From Vulcanimicrobiales bacterium (lineage in GTDB: Bacteria; Vulcanimicrobiota; Vulcanimicrobiia; Vulcanimicrobiales; Vulcanimicrobiaceae): DNA of 64,000 nucleotides. The notes beneath the pieces were generated by a model. It had not been told where the DNA came from. It saw only the letters and a list, made by a program, of their open reading frames with translations, and searched no databases. Positions within the stretch are counted from its first letter, which is position 1, and each line of letters starts with the position of its first letter. Position numbers and translations under genes: made by a program. Of this stretch, positions 41,116-52,250 are shown one piece after another. The stretch covers positions 128,001 through 192,000 of the forward strand of contig JBBQQR010000001.1 in assembly GCA_038215615.1 (NCBI GenBank), read 5' to 3'.

Positions 41116-42813
41116 GTGCGCGCAGTAAGTGTCGTTCTTGCGGCCATTGGGATACCGATTGCGCTGCTTCTGCTGATCGCGCCCGTGACGTGGGGCTACG
41201 GTGGATTGACGACCAAGGTGAAGGCCGGCGCCACGGCGGCAGACACGACCTACACGGTGCGCAATGTTGATCCCAACGGCCCGGCGGCGCGTTCGGGACT
41301 GCGAACCGGCAGTGTATTCAGCATCCCCTACGCGGACAGAGTGACCTGGAATACCGGGCGCGTTGGCGACTCGTTGACTGTATTCATAATGAGTGGGGGC
41401 AAGGCGCAGCCCATTAGACTGACGTGGGCGCGATTTACTCCCCTGCTCGCTGCGATCGAGCAATGGCGAAAAACGGGCTACGCAATCACCGCACTCTTGG
41501 CATTCGCGCTCGCGCTTTTGGTGGGAATGCGCGCGCGCGATTCCCGCTTGGGGTCGCTGGCAACGTTCGTCTTACTGCTGCTTGGATGGAGGGCAGTCGC
41601 GGGCGCAACGACGCTCGGCGCGCCGACCGCAGCGCTGGCGGAAAGCGCTCAATATGTCGCCTGGTTTACGGATGGCGTCATTTTGGCCGCAATGCTATTT
41701 TTGCTTGGCACGTTTCCACCGAATCCAGGTCCGGTCAGGCGCGCGCTTCAATACGCGGCGGTTCCGGCCGGCATGCTCGTCTGGCTTGCGTTGACCGTGC
41801 CTTGGGTGGCGCTGTACATCCCGCTCACATTAGCGCAGCAGTTTAGGGCGGCCGTCGGAAACAATGGGATTCTCAGCGCCGGTTTGCTGCAGCTGCTGCT
41901 TGTCGCAGCCTGTATCGATGCGCTCGTACGCGCGCCCCTGACGTACCGTGCCGCGACGCGATGGCTGGCCGGATCGTGGCTTGTCGCCGCCTCGCTGGCA
42001 GCGGCGTACGGCGTGGCTTACGACTTACTCGTGGGCACTTTTGGTTTCCATTCTGTGGACCCATTGCCGTTTGTTGCCAATATTCTGTTCGCTTTTGGTA
42101 TTTCGTATCCAATTCTGCGTCACCGTCTGACCGATCTGAACATCTTCGTAACGCGCGCGACTATCTACGGCGTCGTGCTAATCGTCATCGTAGCGCTCTT
42201 CGCGCTCGCCGAATGGCTCGTCGGTCGTCTCTTCGAACATGCGCCGCAATTCGTCGCCCTGATCATTGTCCTGGTTCTCGGCATTTCAGTGCGGTGGATC
42301 CACGCGTTCGTCGAAAACCGGCTGACGGCAATTGTCTTTCACAAACGGATTGCCGGCCTGAACGATATCCGCCGTGTCGCGCGTGAAGCCGACATAGCGA
42401 CGGATTCACACGCACTGCTGCAAGTGGCGTGCTCTACCATGCATCGAGGTCTCGATATTTCCGCGGTTGGCTTTTATCTGCGCGATGGAAATGAATACGT
42501 GTCGCTTCGCGCGGCCGGCGATGTCCCGTGGCCTGACCACTTTGACATGAATAGCGCGTTGCTGCTGCGCCTGCGCCGCTGGAACGAACCGTTCGAGACG
42601 CTCGACGCCGGAGGCGGACACCAAACGCTCGTCTTGCCGATGAGCGCGCGCGGAGCGCTGGTCGGTTTCGTTTGCTGCGGGCCCAAAGCCGACCACACGG
42701 CGTACCTTCAAGACGAAATTGACGCGCTCGCCTATCTTTCAACAGAAGTCGGCGTCGCCTGGGCGTGGCTTTCACAAGAGCCCGTTACCCTGCCGTCGTT
42801 TTCCTCCGCCTAG
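41116..42813 (+). CDS. PDZ-like + multipass membrane + GAF-like protein (paralog B)
   Basis: VDPNGPAARSGLRTG, multiple TM helices, YPILRHRL and LRLRRWNEPF..LPM..RG.LVG...CGPK; same layout as 26420-28162. Confidence 0.75.
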   Translation: MRAVSVVLAAIGIPIALLLLIAPVTWGYGGLTTKVKAGATAADTTYTVRNVDPNGPAARSGLRTGSVFSIPYADRVTWNTGRVGDSLTVFIMSGGKAQPIRLTWARFTPLLAAIEQWRKTGYAITALLAFALALLVGMRARDSRLGSLATFVLLLLGWRAVAGATTLGAPTAALAESAQYVAWFTDGVILAAMLFLLGTFPPNPGPVRRALQYAAVPAGMLVWLALTVPWVALYIPLTLAQQFRAAVGNNGILSAGLLQLLLVAACIDALVRAPLTYRAATRWLAGSWLVAASLAAAYGVAYDLLVGTFGFHSVDPLPFVANILFAFGISYPILRHRLTDLNIFVTRATIYGVVLIVIVALFALAEWLVGRLFEHAPQFVALIIVLVLGISVRWIHAFVENRLTAIVFHKRIAGLNDIRRVAREADIATDSHALLQVACSTMHRGLDISAVGFYLRDGNEYVSLRAAGDVPWPDHFDMNSALLLRLRRWNEPFETLDAGGGHQTLVLPMSARGALVGFVCCGPKADHTAYLQDEIDALAYLSTEVGVAWAWLSQEPVTLPSFSSA

Positions 42814-42817
42814 CTAG

Positions 42818-45307
42818 TTACTTCCCCCGGTCTTTCAGATCGGAAATCGCATCCCAGGCGGCGTTGCGGACGCCGGGCTCGGTGTCACGAGCTTCGACGA
42901 TCTGCAGCGCCGGGATTGCGCTCTTCTGGTTGAGCCGCCCGAGCGCGCGCACGGCTGAGGACCGCGCGCGAAAGTACGGATCGTGTTGGGCGATCTCGAT
43001 GAGGTAGTTTTCCACTAACACGGGTTGTTTTTTTGCGATTGTCGCGAGCGCCGAGATTGCGTCGACGCGTTCGCTTTCGTTCTGCCCGTACGCAGCGCGG
43101 ATCTTCATGAGCGGGATGGCGCGCATGTCGCCGAGGCTCGCAAACCCGAGCAGCGCGCCGCTCGCGATCGGTTCGCGGAAGGCGTGACGGTAGAGTCCCG
43201 CCAGGAGAAGTTGCCACGCCGCGGGTGCCTTCGTTGCACCCAGGCCGCGCAGCGCGGCGCCGGCGATGAGCGCATTCGACGACGCCGAGAGCGTTTTGAG
43301 GTCGCTTTCGAGCGCTGCGTTGGACGGATGGTCGAGATTTTCGACTTCGTTTGCCGCCGCGATGACAACGCGCGGATCGTTGTCGTGCAGCGCCAGGCGA
43401 ACGGTTTCGGCGTCGTCGAGCGCCCCGGCGGCATCGAGCGCGTCAACGCGCACGCCGTAGAAAGGATCGGCCGTCACGACTTGACGCACGAATCCGGCCG
43501 CTGCCGGTTTGTCTTTGGTTGCGGCCTTGCCGAGGTTGGCCGCAGCCCACAGCCGGTCGCCGACGTAGGGAGCGTGAATGGCTTGATAGCCGAGATCGGC
43601 CACCGGCTTATCGTAGTCGAGCCCGCGCAGTACGTTGTTGTTGTAATCGAAAAGCACCATCACCGGCTGCGAGATCACGTTAGGAATGGTTACAACCTGA
43701 TGATTGGCGTTTGCCGTCATGTGCGCGATGTTGGCTGCGCCGCCCGGCAGCGCGTTGCTTGTAGAACCGGCGATCCAAACGCCGATATCGACCGGCATAC
43801 GGAAGGGTTTTCCATCGTGGTTTTTCTGAGTGACGTCCAGCGTTAGCGTGTGCGCGGTGGCGTCGTAGGTTTGTTTCACGGCGAAATACGGATAGGCCGG
43901 CCGGTAAAACCACTCGTTTTCGAACCAGTCCAGGTTTTCGCCCAGCGATTTTTCGATCGCGACGAAGAATTGGTGCGTGTCCGCGTTCTTGTGCTGATAG
44001 GCCAGCAAGTAATCGCGCAGCGCGTGGAAGAAGCGCGCGTCGCCGTACATCCAGTGCAGCATGTGCAGCACTTGGCCGGGACGCGGATAGCCGCTGGAAT
44101 CGAATGAGTCCATCGCATTGGCATATGTGTACTCGACGATCGGGCGCCAATAGCGCTTGGTTTCGTTAAAGTACGCTTGTTGTGCGCGGTAGCGCTGATA
44201 TTGGAATTCGGCCTCGCCGAAATGATGCTGGAACCACAACTCCTGGAAGTAGGTGGCATAGCCTTCGTTGATCCAAACGTTGGCCCAATCCGACATCGTC
44301 ACGTCGTCGCCCCACCATTGGTGCGCGAGCTCGTGCGAGACCAAACCATCGCAGGATTTTTCAATCTCGTACTGCGGCTGATGAATCGCGAGTTCGGTCT
44401 GCGTAGTCGCTGACGCGTTCTCCATGCCGCCCGCGGTGAAGCGTTCGACTGCAGTTTGGTCGTATTTTGACCACGGATACGCAACGCCGATGATCTTTTG
44501 AAAATACGCAACCATTTGGTTGGTGCGCCCGAAGCACTGCGGTCCCCATTTCGCGTCGGCTTGCGAAGTGAAGAAGTCGACAGGCGTGCTCTGCATCGTT
44601 GTATGGAACTTGGTGTACGGCCCGGCGCTGAAGGCGATCAGATACGTCGAAATCGGCGCGGGCTCAACCCAATCCCACGTGTTTCCCGAGGCATTGGATT
44701 TGAACGCCTTCAGCATTCCGTTGGCTTGCACGCGCCAACCGTTTTGCACGGTGACGATCTGCTCGACGGGCGTTTTTTGGTTCGGCTCATCCCAAGTCGG
44801 CAGCCATAGCCGGTTGTCTTCAGATTCTCCCTGCGACCAAATCTCGGGCTGGTAGTTGGGATAGAATTTGTCAGGCCGTATGAAATAAATGCCGCGCGAG
44901 GGCGTAACGCTGTACTTTGTCTCGATAGCCAGCGTATCGGAGGCTTTGGCGGGCTTGGGCAAATTGACGTACAAGTGATCGGCGGTTACGTTATAGCGAA
45001 CCGGGACACCATTTACGGTGACGCTCGAAAATTGGAGTCCCACGCTGTTGAAAGGCACGGACGATAATCCGTTCGCCTTGGGTGAGATGACGTTGGTGAC
45101 GTCGCCGTAGACGATGCCCCCAGCGAAATTGAAATTGAGCTTAATCAGTATGTTGTGAAAGCGGTACGGCGCTATTTCCGTCTTATGGTAAAAGGCTTTT
45201 CCGCGGCCGTAGGGGCGCGGATGGACTCGCGGCGGCGGCGCCGCAATCGCGGCAATAAAAACGATTCCCAACAGCGCGGCTATGGCCGCGCGCCCTGCAT
45301 TCTTCAT
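42818..45307 (-). CDS. M1 family aminopeptidase with C-terminal HEAT repeats
   Basis: Signal peptide, GGMEN, HELAHQWWG...NEGYATY and HEAT-like repeats; ATG at 45307. Confidence 0.92.
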   Translation of the reverse strand: MKNAGRAAIAALLGIVFIAAIAAPPPRVHPRPYGRGKAFYHKTEIAPYRFHNILIKLNFNFAGGIVYGDVTNVISPKANGLSSVPFNSVGLQFSSVTVNGVPVRYNVTADHLYVNLPKPAKASDTLAIETKYSVTPSRGIYFIRPDKFYPNYQPEIWSQGESEDNRLWLPTWDEPNQKTPVEQIVTVQNGWRVQANGMLKAFKSNASGNTWDWVEPAPISTYLIAFSAGPYTKFHTTMQSTPVDFFTSQADAKWGPQCFGRTNQMVAYFQKIIGVAYPWSKYDQTAVERFTAGGMENASATTQTELAIHQPQYEIEKSCDGLVSHELAHQWWGDDVTMSDWANVWINEGYATYFQELWFQHHFGEAEFQYQRYRAQQAYFNETKRYWRPIVEYTYANAMDSFDSSGYPRPGQVLHMLHWMYGDARFFHALRDYLLAYQHKNADTHQFFVAIEKSLGENLDWFENEWFYRPAYPYFAVKQTYDATAHTLTLDVTQKNHDGKPFRMPVDIGVWIAGSTSNALPGGAANIAHMTANANHQVVTIPNVISQPVMVLFDYNNNVLRGLDYDKPVADLGYQAIHAPYVGDRLWAAANLGKAATKDKPAAAGFVRQVVTADPFYGVRVDALDAAGALDDAETVRLALHDNDPRVVIAAANEVENLDHPSNAALESDLKTLSASSNALIAGAALRGLGATKAPAAWQLLLAGLYRHAFREPIASGALLGFASLGDMRAIPLMKIRAAYGQNESERVDAISALATIAKKQPVLVENYLIEIAQHDPYFRARSSAVRALGRLNQKSAIPALQIVEARDTEPGVRNAAWDAISDLKDRGK

Positions 45308-45321
45308 CCCGGGAGGTTGTG

Positions 45322-46095
45322 CTAGGGCTTCGGGCTTTCCCTCGTGGAGTCGCTCAGGCAGGCGACAATCGTTTCGATAACGCGTTTGGTCTCGTTGGGA
45401 TCGTGGACCGCAATGCAAACGGCGCCGGTTTCGCGCGCCGGGTAATCGTTGCCGCCCGGAAACAGGGCGTCGCCGACGTAGATCATCTCGTCGATCTCTA
45501 TTTCGAGAATGTCGCGCAGTTTCCGAATCCCGTAGGCCTTGTCGATGCCCGGTTTCGTGACGTCGATCGAAGTCGTGCCGCCCATGTGAACGGAAAAGTT
45601 CGGCAGCATCGGGTCGAGTAGCGCTTTGATCGCTTTACGCTTACTGAAATCCGGGTCCCATTTTTCTTTCGCTTCTAGTGGAGCTTGCTGCCCGAGCGCG
45701 GAGTAAGTGATCTGGCTTCCGCGATCCTCGATCGTCTCACCCCATACCTGGGCAACCGCAAAGCCTGAAGCGGCGACCGCCTTTTTTAGCGAATCGATGA
45801 TCGTCGCTTTTTCGGCACCGGTGAAGTCTTCAGCATAGAGAAGTTGCCAGCCGGCGTCTTTGTATTGATAGAATCTCGTTCCACAGGTCGGCAGCAGCGA
45901 CAGTTTGGCCAGCGGTGCATTTTTGGGCAGATTTGCGACCAGCTGGGTTTCGAATTGCGGGAAGCCGCCGCCGGAAATAATAGCGACCTGAACGACATTG
46001 AGCAGCGCTCCAAGCAGCGCGCTCATTTCAGCGTCGATTGCCGACTTGCTCGGCGCCAGGGTGCCGTCGAGATCGAAAACGATGAGTTTTTTCAC
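45322..46095 (-). CDS. HAD-IIB hydrolase, eukaryotic-type phosphomannomutase-like
   Basis: FDLDGTL, IEDRGSQIT, GGTTSIDV and GDALFPGGND. Confidence 0.88.
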   Translation of the reverse strand: MKKLIVFDLDGTLAPSKSAIDAEMSALLGALLNVVQVAIISGGGFPQFETQLVANLPKNAPLAKLSLLPTCGTRFYQYKDAGWQLLYAEDFTGAEKATIIDSLKKAVAASGFAVAQVWGETIEDRGSQITYSALGQQAPLEAKEKWDPDFSKRKAIKALLDPMLPNFSVHMGGTTSIDVTKPGIDKAYGIRKLRDILEIEIDEMIYVGDALFPGGNDYPARETGAVCIAVHDPNETKRVIETIVACLSDSTRESPKP

Positions 46096-47297
46096 GTACC
46101 CGTAGCCTCCCGGCAGATGCGGCGCGCCTCGGCGACGTCGACGCGCGCGCGCTCGACGAAGAGTTTGCGCCAGTAGGCTTTGCCGGAAAGCTTTGCGATC
46201 AGATCCGACGCCTCACGTGCATCGACGACCGCGCCCGAACCCGTGCTCACCCAGATCGTCGGCGCTTTCGGATCGGCCTGCAGCGGCAAGCGGTGCAAGA
46301 GTTGCGACTGCTCGTCGGCCCATACGGCGTCGCCGTAGGCCTTCCTTAGCGCCTTCTCGCAGCGCTCGAACGCTTTTAAGTCGCGCTCGGCGTTGAACTC
46401 GGCCGCGAGTGCGTAGAGGCGGACGCGTTCGCGCAGCGCGCGCGCCGGAATCGAATCGCGGTCGCGCAATTCGTTGAGCACGCGAAAATCGTCCCAACGC
46501 AAGAATTCGTCGATTGGGTCGAGCAGGCGTGGATCCGGCCACAGCTCTCGCAGCGCGTCTTGCAAAATCCGCTCGAACATGCGCGTCGTGTGGTGAAAGT
46601 AGACAGAGGCGAACATCATGTAGCGCGCCAGCAAGAACGACTCCAGCGCCACGACGCCGCGCCGGTCGATTCCGAGCACGGAACGGCCTTCGACTTGGAA
46701 GATGCGCAGCGACCCCAAGAGCTGGTCGGCGTCGTATTTGCCGCCTGCGACGCCGGTGAAATATGCGTCGCGCTGCAAATAGTCCATGCGATCCGCATCC
46801 AGGTTCGGGCCGCTCACAATCTCCGCCAGTACGAGAAACTGCGACTGACCTTGGCCTAAGATAAGGTCGGCGACGTGTTGAGAGTCAACGTCGATGTCAG
46901 CGAGGTGCGCCTGAATCTCGGGACGCGCCAAAATCGCGAGCGTGCGATCTTCGTGGCGAACGCCCACGACGGCCTCGCACGCGTGACTGAACGGTCCGTG
47001 GCCCACGTCGTGCAGAATGAGCGCGGCGCGCACCAGGCGGCGCTGATACGCAACGTCGTCTTCGTCGGTAAAAAATTGGCGGCCGTGATGCAGCAGCTCG
47101 TCGAAGGCGCGCGTTCCCACCGCGAGCGCGCCGAGGGCGTGGCTGAAGCGCGAATGTTCCGCCGACGGGAACGCCAGGTAAGCCAATCCGAGCTGGCGCA
47201 GCCGCCGCAGGCGCTGCAGCGCCGGCGTGTCCAACAAGCGGGCCTCGGCGGGCTCCAGCTCGATGAAATGGTGGACGGGATCGTATATCCGCTTCAT
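46092..47297 (-). CDS. HD-domain phosphohydrolase (dNTP triphosphohydrolase-like)
   Basis: DPVH, QRLRRLRQLG, HSRFSHALG, LHDVGHGPFSH and DADRMDYL.RD; ATG at 47297. Confidence 0.9.
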   Translation of the reverse strand: MKRIYDPVHHFIELEPAEARLLDTPALQRLRRLRQLGLAYLAFPSAEHSRFSHALGALAVGTRAFDELLHHGRQFFTDEDDVAYQRRLVRAALILHDVGHGPFSHACEAVVGVRHEDRTLAILARPEIQAHLADIDVDSQHVADLILGQGQSQFLVLAEIVSGPNLDADRMDYLQRDAYFTGVAGGKYDADQLLGSLRIFQVEGRSVLGIDRRGVVALESFLLARYMMFASVYFHHTTRMFERILQDALRELWPDPRLLDPIDEFLRWDDFRVLNELRDRDSIPARALRERVRLYALAAEFNAERDLKAFERCEKALRKAYGDAVWADEQSQLLHRLPLQADPKAPTIWVSTGSGAVVDAREASDLIAKLSGKAYWRKLFVERARVDVAEARRICREATGT

Positions 47298-47362
47298 TTG
47301 AATACTGTTTGCGAGTTCTGCGGCAGCGGCGGAGACTCCGGCGGGGCGGCGAAGATGCGCTG

Positions 47363-49165
47363 ATGCCTGTGGACGACGGCACGATCCGCGAGATAAAAGC
47401 GCGCATCGACATCGCAAGTTACATCGGATCGCACGTTCAGCTGCGCAAGCGCGGAAACGATCTCGTCGGTTTGTGTCCTTTTCATGCCGAGAAGACTCCG
47501 TCGTTTCACGTTCATCCCGACAAAGGCTTTTTCAAGTGCTTCGGCTGCGGCGCCGGCGGCGACGTCATCACATTTGCCCAGCTGCATGAGAATCTGACGT
47601 TCCCCGATGCAAAACAGATGCTGGCGCAGCGCGCCGGCGTTGAATTGGAACCGCAAAATCCGCAGGCCGCGCGTGCCCGCAACGAGCGCGAGGCGATTTA
47701 CGACGCCAACCGGATTGCGGTCGCGTTTTTTGAACGCATGCTGCGCGAGCCGGCCGGCGCCAAGGCGCGCGTTTACTGCGAGAAGCGCGGCCTCTCGGAA
47801 GCTACCATCGAAAAATTCCACCTCGGCTATGCTCCTGATGAGTGGGAGGGGCTAACGCGCGAACTCGCCCGCAACAACGTCGAAGCGGTTCTGGCTGAAA
47901 AAGCGGGGCTTCTCAAACGGGGCGAGCGCGGCTACTACGATTTCTATCGCGACCGGCTCATCGTGCCGACCTATTCCACGACCGGCGAAGCCATCGCGTT
48001 CGGCGGACGCCTGCTGCACGACGGCGAGCCGAAGTACATCAACACGACGACAACGCCCGTCTACGAGAAAGGCCGTCACCTCTTCGCACTCAATGTCGCG
48101 CGGCGCGCCGCCTCGCACGATCGCGCGCTGATCGTGGTCGAAGGCTACCTGGATTGCATCGCGCTGCATCAAGCCGGATTCGAAAACGCCGTCGCCGCGC
48201 TCGGCACGTCGTTCACGCAAGACCAGGCCAAGGAATTGCGCAAATATGCCGACGGAATTTTTCTGTGCTTCGATGCCGATGCCGCGGGAAATGCAGCTGC
48301 GGCCAAAGCGATAGAAACGGCCGCGCAAGTTATCGAACATGCCGGCTCCGGCGTTCGCATCGTCGAGTTGCCGGCGGGATCCGATCCGGACGGCTTCGTG
48401 CGCGAGCGCGGTCCCCAAGCGTTCGCGGAGCTGCTCAAGAACGCCAAGCCGGCGATCGAGTTCCGGTTGGAAGGCGAAGTCGCGCGCCTTCAAACGGGAT
48501 TCCATTCTCCGGCGGCGATTGCGCGCGAAGCCGAAGCCCTGATCCGGCGGCTCATTCCGGCGCCCGAATGGGACCGGTGGCGCGTCTGGATCGCCCAGCG
48601 CCTGCACTTGAATGTCGACGACCTGCGCAACAGCCGCTTTCTTGCCAACAGCGCGAACTTCGGGCCGCGCCAACTTCCGGTTACCGGGCACCGCTCGCGC
48701 TCGGTTGTCCCGTCTTCGTTCGAGCGCGACGTTCTCGCCATCATCGTTGAAGAGCCGGCGCTGCTACGCGATTTTCGGGATCGGATTCCGCAGGCGCGCT
48801 TCCGGAACGACGTCTACCGGCGGATTTACGAGCGGCTGGCGAGCAACGCCGAGGGGCTGGAGAGCACGACCGACGTCTTCACGCTCTTCGGTGACGACAG
48901 TGAAACCCTCGAGCTCCTTTCCGGGTTGAGTCAGCGGGACCGGAGCTCCACCCTGGCCTATACGGACTCCGACGCCCGGCGAGCGCATTTGGAGCGGGTG
49001 GTCGAACGGCTGCAGCTCGATGACGAGCGCGAACGTTATCGCGAACTTTCCCTAAAGATAGATGAACTTGCGACGGCCGGGCAAAACATTAGCACGGAAT
49101 TGCGCGGCGAGTACGATTTGCTCGTTGCCAAACTAAAAAACAAAAAGGAGGTGAAAGTAAAATAA
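47363..49165 (+). CDS. dnaG: DNA primase
   Basis: [15 protein letters not shown] zinc finger, FGGR..PKYIN, VEGYLD and FDADAAG. Confidence 0.96.
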   Translation: MPVDDGTIREIKARIDIASYIGSHVQLRKRGNDLVGLCPFHAEKTPSFHVHPDKGFFKCFGCGAGGDVITFAQLHENLTFPDAKQMLAQRAGVELEPQNPQAARARNEREAIYDANRIAVAFFERMLREPAGAKARVYCEKRGLSEATIEKFHLGYAPDEWEGLTRELARNNVEAVLAEKAGLLKRGERGYYDFYRDRLIVPTYSTTGEAIAFGGRLLHDGEPKYINTTTTPVYEKGRHLFALNVARRAASHDRALIVVEGYLDCIALHQAGFENAVAALGTSFTQDQAKELRKYADGIFLCFDADAAGNAAAAKAIETAAQVIEHAGSGVRIVELPAGSDPDGFVRERGPQAFAELLKNAKPAIEFRLEGEVARLQTGFHSPAAIAREAEALIRRLIPAPEWDRWRVWIAQRLHLNVDDLRNSRFLANSANFGPRQLPVTGHRSRSVVPSSFERDVLAIIVEEPALLRDFRDRIPQARFRNDVYRRIYERLASNAEGLESTTDVFTLFGDDSETLELLSGLSQRDRSSTLAYTDSDARRAHLERVVERLQLDDERERYRELSLKIDELATAGQNISTELRGEYDLLVAKLKNKKEVKVK

Positions 49166-50361
49166 TGCCACGCAAAAAAGCAGCATCATCGGCAAACGGC
49201 ACGGCCGTGCTCGAACCGCCGGCGACATCGGTAGACGAACTCAAGAAGCGGATCCTGGAGCGCGGAAAAAAACGCGGCTCGGTAACGCTCGATGAGATCA
49301 ATCTTGAAGTAGGCCGCCTGGCCGAAACGCGCGACGAGCTCAACGAAGCCGAGATCTTTGAAGAATTAATGACGGATCTCAACGCTGCCGGAATCGAAGT
49401 TCTTGAGGAAACGGAAGAAGAGAAGGCCGAAGCCGACGAGGAGGCCGACGCTGCCGAAGCCGTGGCTGCCGGACTGGCGCTGGACGATCCCGTCCGGATG
49501 TACCTCAAAGAGATCGGGCGCGTGCCGCTGCTCTCGATGCAAGACGAGAAAGATCTCGCCATGAAAATCGAGGCGGGCGAGCGCGAGCTCGAACGCAACG
49601 GCTCGGTCGATGCCCGCATCGTGACCATCGGCGAAGAAGCCAAGCGCCAGTTGACGGAGGCCAACCTCCGCCTGGTCGTATCCATCGCCAAAAAATACGT
49701 TGGCCGCGGCATGCTCTTCTTGGACTTGATTCAGGAAGGCAACCTGGGTCTGATCCGCGCGGTCGAAAAATTCGACTATCGTAAGGGCTATAAGTTTTCG
49801 ACCTACGCCACGTGGTGGATACGCCAAGCCATTACGCGTGCGCTGGCCGATCAGGCACGGACGATCCGCATTCCCGTGCACATGGTCGAGACGATCAACC
49901 GCCTCATCAAGATTTCGCGCCAGCTTTTGCAAGAGCTCGGACGCGACCCGTCGGTCGAAGAGATTGCTACCGAAATGGGCTTAACGCCCGAAAAAGTGCG
50001 CGAGGTCATCAAGATCAGCCAAGAGCCAATCTCGCTCGAAACGCCGATCGGCGAAGAAGAAGACTCACACCTCGGCGACTTCATCGAAGATCAGGAAGCG
50101 GTCGCGCCCGCCGAAGCCGCGTCGGTGATGCTGCTCAAAGAGAAAATGCAAGACGTGCTGCAAAACCTGACCGACCGCGAGCGCAAAGTGCTCGTGCTGC
50201 GTTTTGGTTTAGAAGACGGCCATCAGCGAACGCTCGAAGAAGTAGGCCAAGAGTTCGGCGTGACGCGCGAACGTATCCGCCAAATCGAGGCCAAGGCCTT
50301 GCGCAAGTTGCGCCACCCTTCGCGCGGGAAAGCGCTCAAAGACTACTGGAGCAACGAGTAG
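49165..50361 (+). CDS. rpoD: Primary RNA polymerase sigma factor
   Basis: [36 protein letters not shown] and [19 protein letters not shown]. Confidence 0.98.
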   Translation: MPRKKAASSANGTAVLEPPATSVDELKKRILERGKKRGSVTLDEINLEVGRLAETRDELNEAEIFEELMTDLNAAGIEVLEETEEEKAEADEEADAAEAVAAGLALDDPVRMYLKEIGRVPLLSMQDEKDLAMKIEAGERELERNGSVDARIVTIGEEAKRQLTEANLRLVVSIAKKYVGRGMLFLDLIQEGNLGLIRAVEKFDYRKGYKFSTYATWWIRQAITRALADQARTIRIPVHMVETINRLIKISRQLLQELGRDPSVEEIATEMGLTPEKVREVIKISQEPISLETPIGEEEDSHLGDFIEDQEAVAPAEAASVMLLKEKMQDVLQNLTDRERKVLVLRFGLEDGHQRTLEEVGQEFGVTRERIRQIEAKALRKLRHPSRGKALKDYWSNE

Positions 50362-50367
50362 CCGGAG

Positions 50368-51039
50368 CTACATCTCCCCTTTTGCGTTCTCCGTCGAAGG
50401 ATGGACAAGCGGGTTGGTTGTCGCGAATGCGCCCGTCGGATTGGGTGTCAGCCAGATCTCCGTATCCCACTGCGCGGGAAACGTAAAGACCTTCACAACC
50501 TGCGACGCGTCTTTGACCTTGCCCATCTTCACGAGCGTCGCGGCTTGCGGATTGCTCAGGCTGCCGCCGGCGGCCAGGAAGTCTTTGGCGCGCGCGGCCA
50601 GGCCGTAGGTCATCGTTCCATCGGCATTCTTGAGAATCCAATGCACGTGGGAAGATTTGAACTTGAACCAGCGTCCCGAGCTGAGGCCCCAGATGTTCGG
50701 AGGCACCGCCGGCATCGCGAGCGTGCGCGAAAAGTCCGCGCCCAGCAAACGTCCCTTCACGTCGTACCAGAGTTGACTGGGATGACGCGGGTCGACGCTA
50801 TTCCAGTGCAGATTCGCGTAGCTGATCGCGCCGGTCTTGTCCTCATTATTGTAGCGGAAATAGCCCGCTTGTGTGGCCGCTGCCGGATTAGGGAAGCGGG
50901 CGTTGAGATCTTTGGTGGCGTTTTGCACGAAGGCCAGTTCGCCCGGAAGAGGCGTGTCGGGAAGCGGGGCCGGCGTTTGAGCCATTACGGCGGACGCGGC
51001 GAAAAACGATAATGCCAGCGCGAAAAGCGCACGTTTCAT
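50368..51039 (-). CDS. Hypothetical secreted protein
   Basis: Sec signal MKRALFALAL..VMA; GGAG SD. Confidence 0.75.
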   Translation of the reverse strand: MKRALFALALSFFAASAVMAQTPAPLPDTPLPGELAFVQNATKDLNARFPNPAAATQAGYFRYNNEDKTGAISYANLHWNSVDPRHPSQLWYDVKGRLLGADFSRTLAMPAVPPNIWGLSSGRWFKFKSSHVHWILKNADGTMTYGLAARAKDFLAAGGSLSNPQAATLVKMGKVKDASQVVKVFTFPAQWDTEIWLTPNPTGAFATTNPLVHPSTENAKGEM

Positions 51040-51056
51040 GGTCTATACTCCGTCTG

Positions 51057-51851
51057 TTATGAAGTCGGTTGAGCGGTCGGTAGAACGCTTGGCGACGGCT
51101 TCGGCGTAGGCGTTGCGAATCCCGGAGGCGTCGCCACCGGGGGTATCTTAATGGCCGCGCTGGGTGCGTCGGCGGCGCCCGCGATGGCGGGCGGGTTGAC
51201 GATGGCTAGCGAGCCCGCGGTCAAGCGCAGCTCGGCCGCGGTGCGTGCCCGGATGACGGTGCCCGGCTTCAGGTCGACTTCCAAGCCTTTGCGCAGCATG
51301 TGATAGAGAAAGTGATACGGGATAAAAATGTCGCCGACGGTGTCGGTGACGCCGCGCGTCGAGCTTTGTCCGGCGGTGAGATGCGGGTCGATGTGTCCGG
51401 TCGGCGTGAGCAACGGCATTTTCTGTCCGCCGGCAAGCGTGAACGGCTCGAAATAAATGTCGACCGAACCGTTGACGTTGGCGATCTGCGCGCCCGAAGA
51501 GTGTACGATCCGGATCTGCGCCGGCGTGCCGGCCGGAGCCGCGGTAATGCCGCCGATCACCAGCGGATCGCGAAGGTGCGCGCGCACGAACGTGCCTTCC
51601 TGACTATGCGAGCTGATGTCGCCGTCAAGGACGAAGAAGAGGCTCGAGTTATTGGGCAAGTCGTTCTTGCCGCCCGACGGTTCGGGGAGCGGACTCGCCG
51701 TGGATACCGTTCTCGGAACGACAATAGCGCGAGCCGTTTGAGGGCTCGCGCTCATTGAAACCGCCGCTGCTGCGGCGGCGAGCGCCGCTAACGCGGCGCG
51801 TCCGATTTTAGCTGGCTTTCTTTTGGGCTTCTGCGGCTGCGGCTGCGGCAC
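51057..51851 (-). CDS. Hypothetical secreted protein (beta-rich, Pro-rich tail)
   Basis: Likely GTG start at 51851 after GAGGG; basic then Ala-rich signal; A.LRDPL..GG...PAGT and VDLKPGTVI segments. Confidence 0.65.
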   Translation of the reverse strand: MPQPQPQKPKRKPAKIGRAALAALAAAAAAVSMSASPQTARAIVVPRTVSTASPLPEPSGGKNDLPNNSSLFFVLDGDISSHSQEGTFVRAHLRDPLVIGGITAAPAGTPAQIRIVHSSGAQIANVNGSVDIYFEPFTLAGGQKMPLLTPTGHIDPHLTAGQSSTRGVTDTVGDIFIPYHFLYHMLRKGLEVDLKPGTVIRARTAAELRLTAGSLAIVNPPAIAGAADAPSAAIKIPPVATPPGFATPTPKPSPSVLPTAQPTS

Positions 51852-52149
51852 GTTTTCCCTCTTCGATGAGCTGCTTGACCTTTTGGCCGCCCTTCTGACC
51901 GATCGTCTCATAGAAGTTGGGGCCGTAACGGTCACGCGTGGCTTCGCCGCCTTTCTTGCCGCCCAACTTGCCGATTTGCTCGTAGAAGGCGTGCCCGTGG
52001 GCGTTCTTCGTAGCCTGACCGCCCTTGCGGCCGATCTGCTCGTAGAATTCAGGGCCGTACTTTTTCTTGACGGTCTCGCCGCCTTTTTGCCCGGCTTCGC
52101 GGACGGTCATGCCGCCGGCTTTCTTCAGGGGGCCGTTGGGGTTACTCAT
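51808..52149 (-). CDS. KGG-repeat general stress protein (GsiB/Em-like hydrophilin)
   Basis: MTVREAGQKGG followed by three G..FYE.IG..GG repeats. Confidence 0.88.
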   Translation of the reverse strand: MSNPNGPLKKAGGMTVREAGQKGGETVKKKYGPEFYEQIGRKGGQATKNAHGHAFYEQIGKLGGKKGGEATRDRYGPNFYETIGQKGGQKVKQLIEEGKRAAAAAAEAQKKAS

Positions 52150-52250
52150 AGAGATGCTTTACCTCGGTTCTTTGCGCCGCCCAAGAAGGACGGCAATCTC
52201 ATGCTCCATATACTAGAACGCACATCCGGCCCGGAAAGTTGGGGTCTCAC

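Noticed and set aside
50391..50410. GTCGAAGGATGGAC, similar to the ftsK palindromic element
   Set aside because: Only a half-match with no GCTCAGG arm; it lies in ordinary coding sequence.
51880..52090. Periodic DNA repeats as a CRISPR array
   Set aside because: They are degenerate coding repeats of the KGG protein, with no unique spacers and no cas genes.
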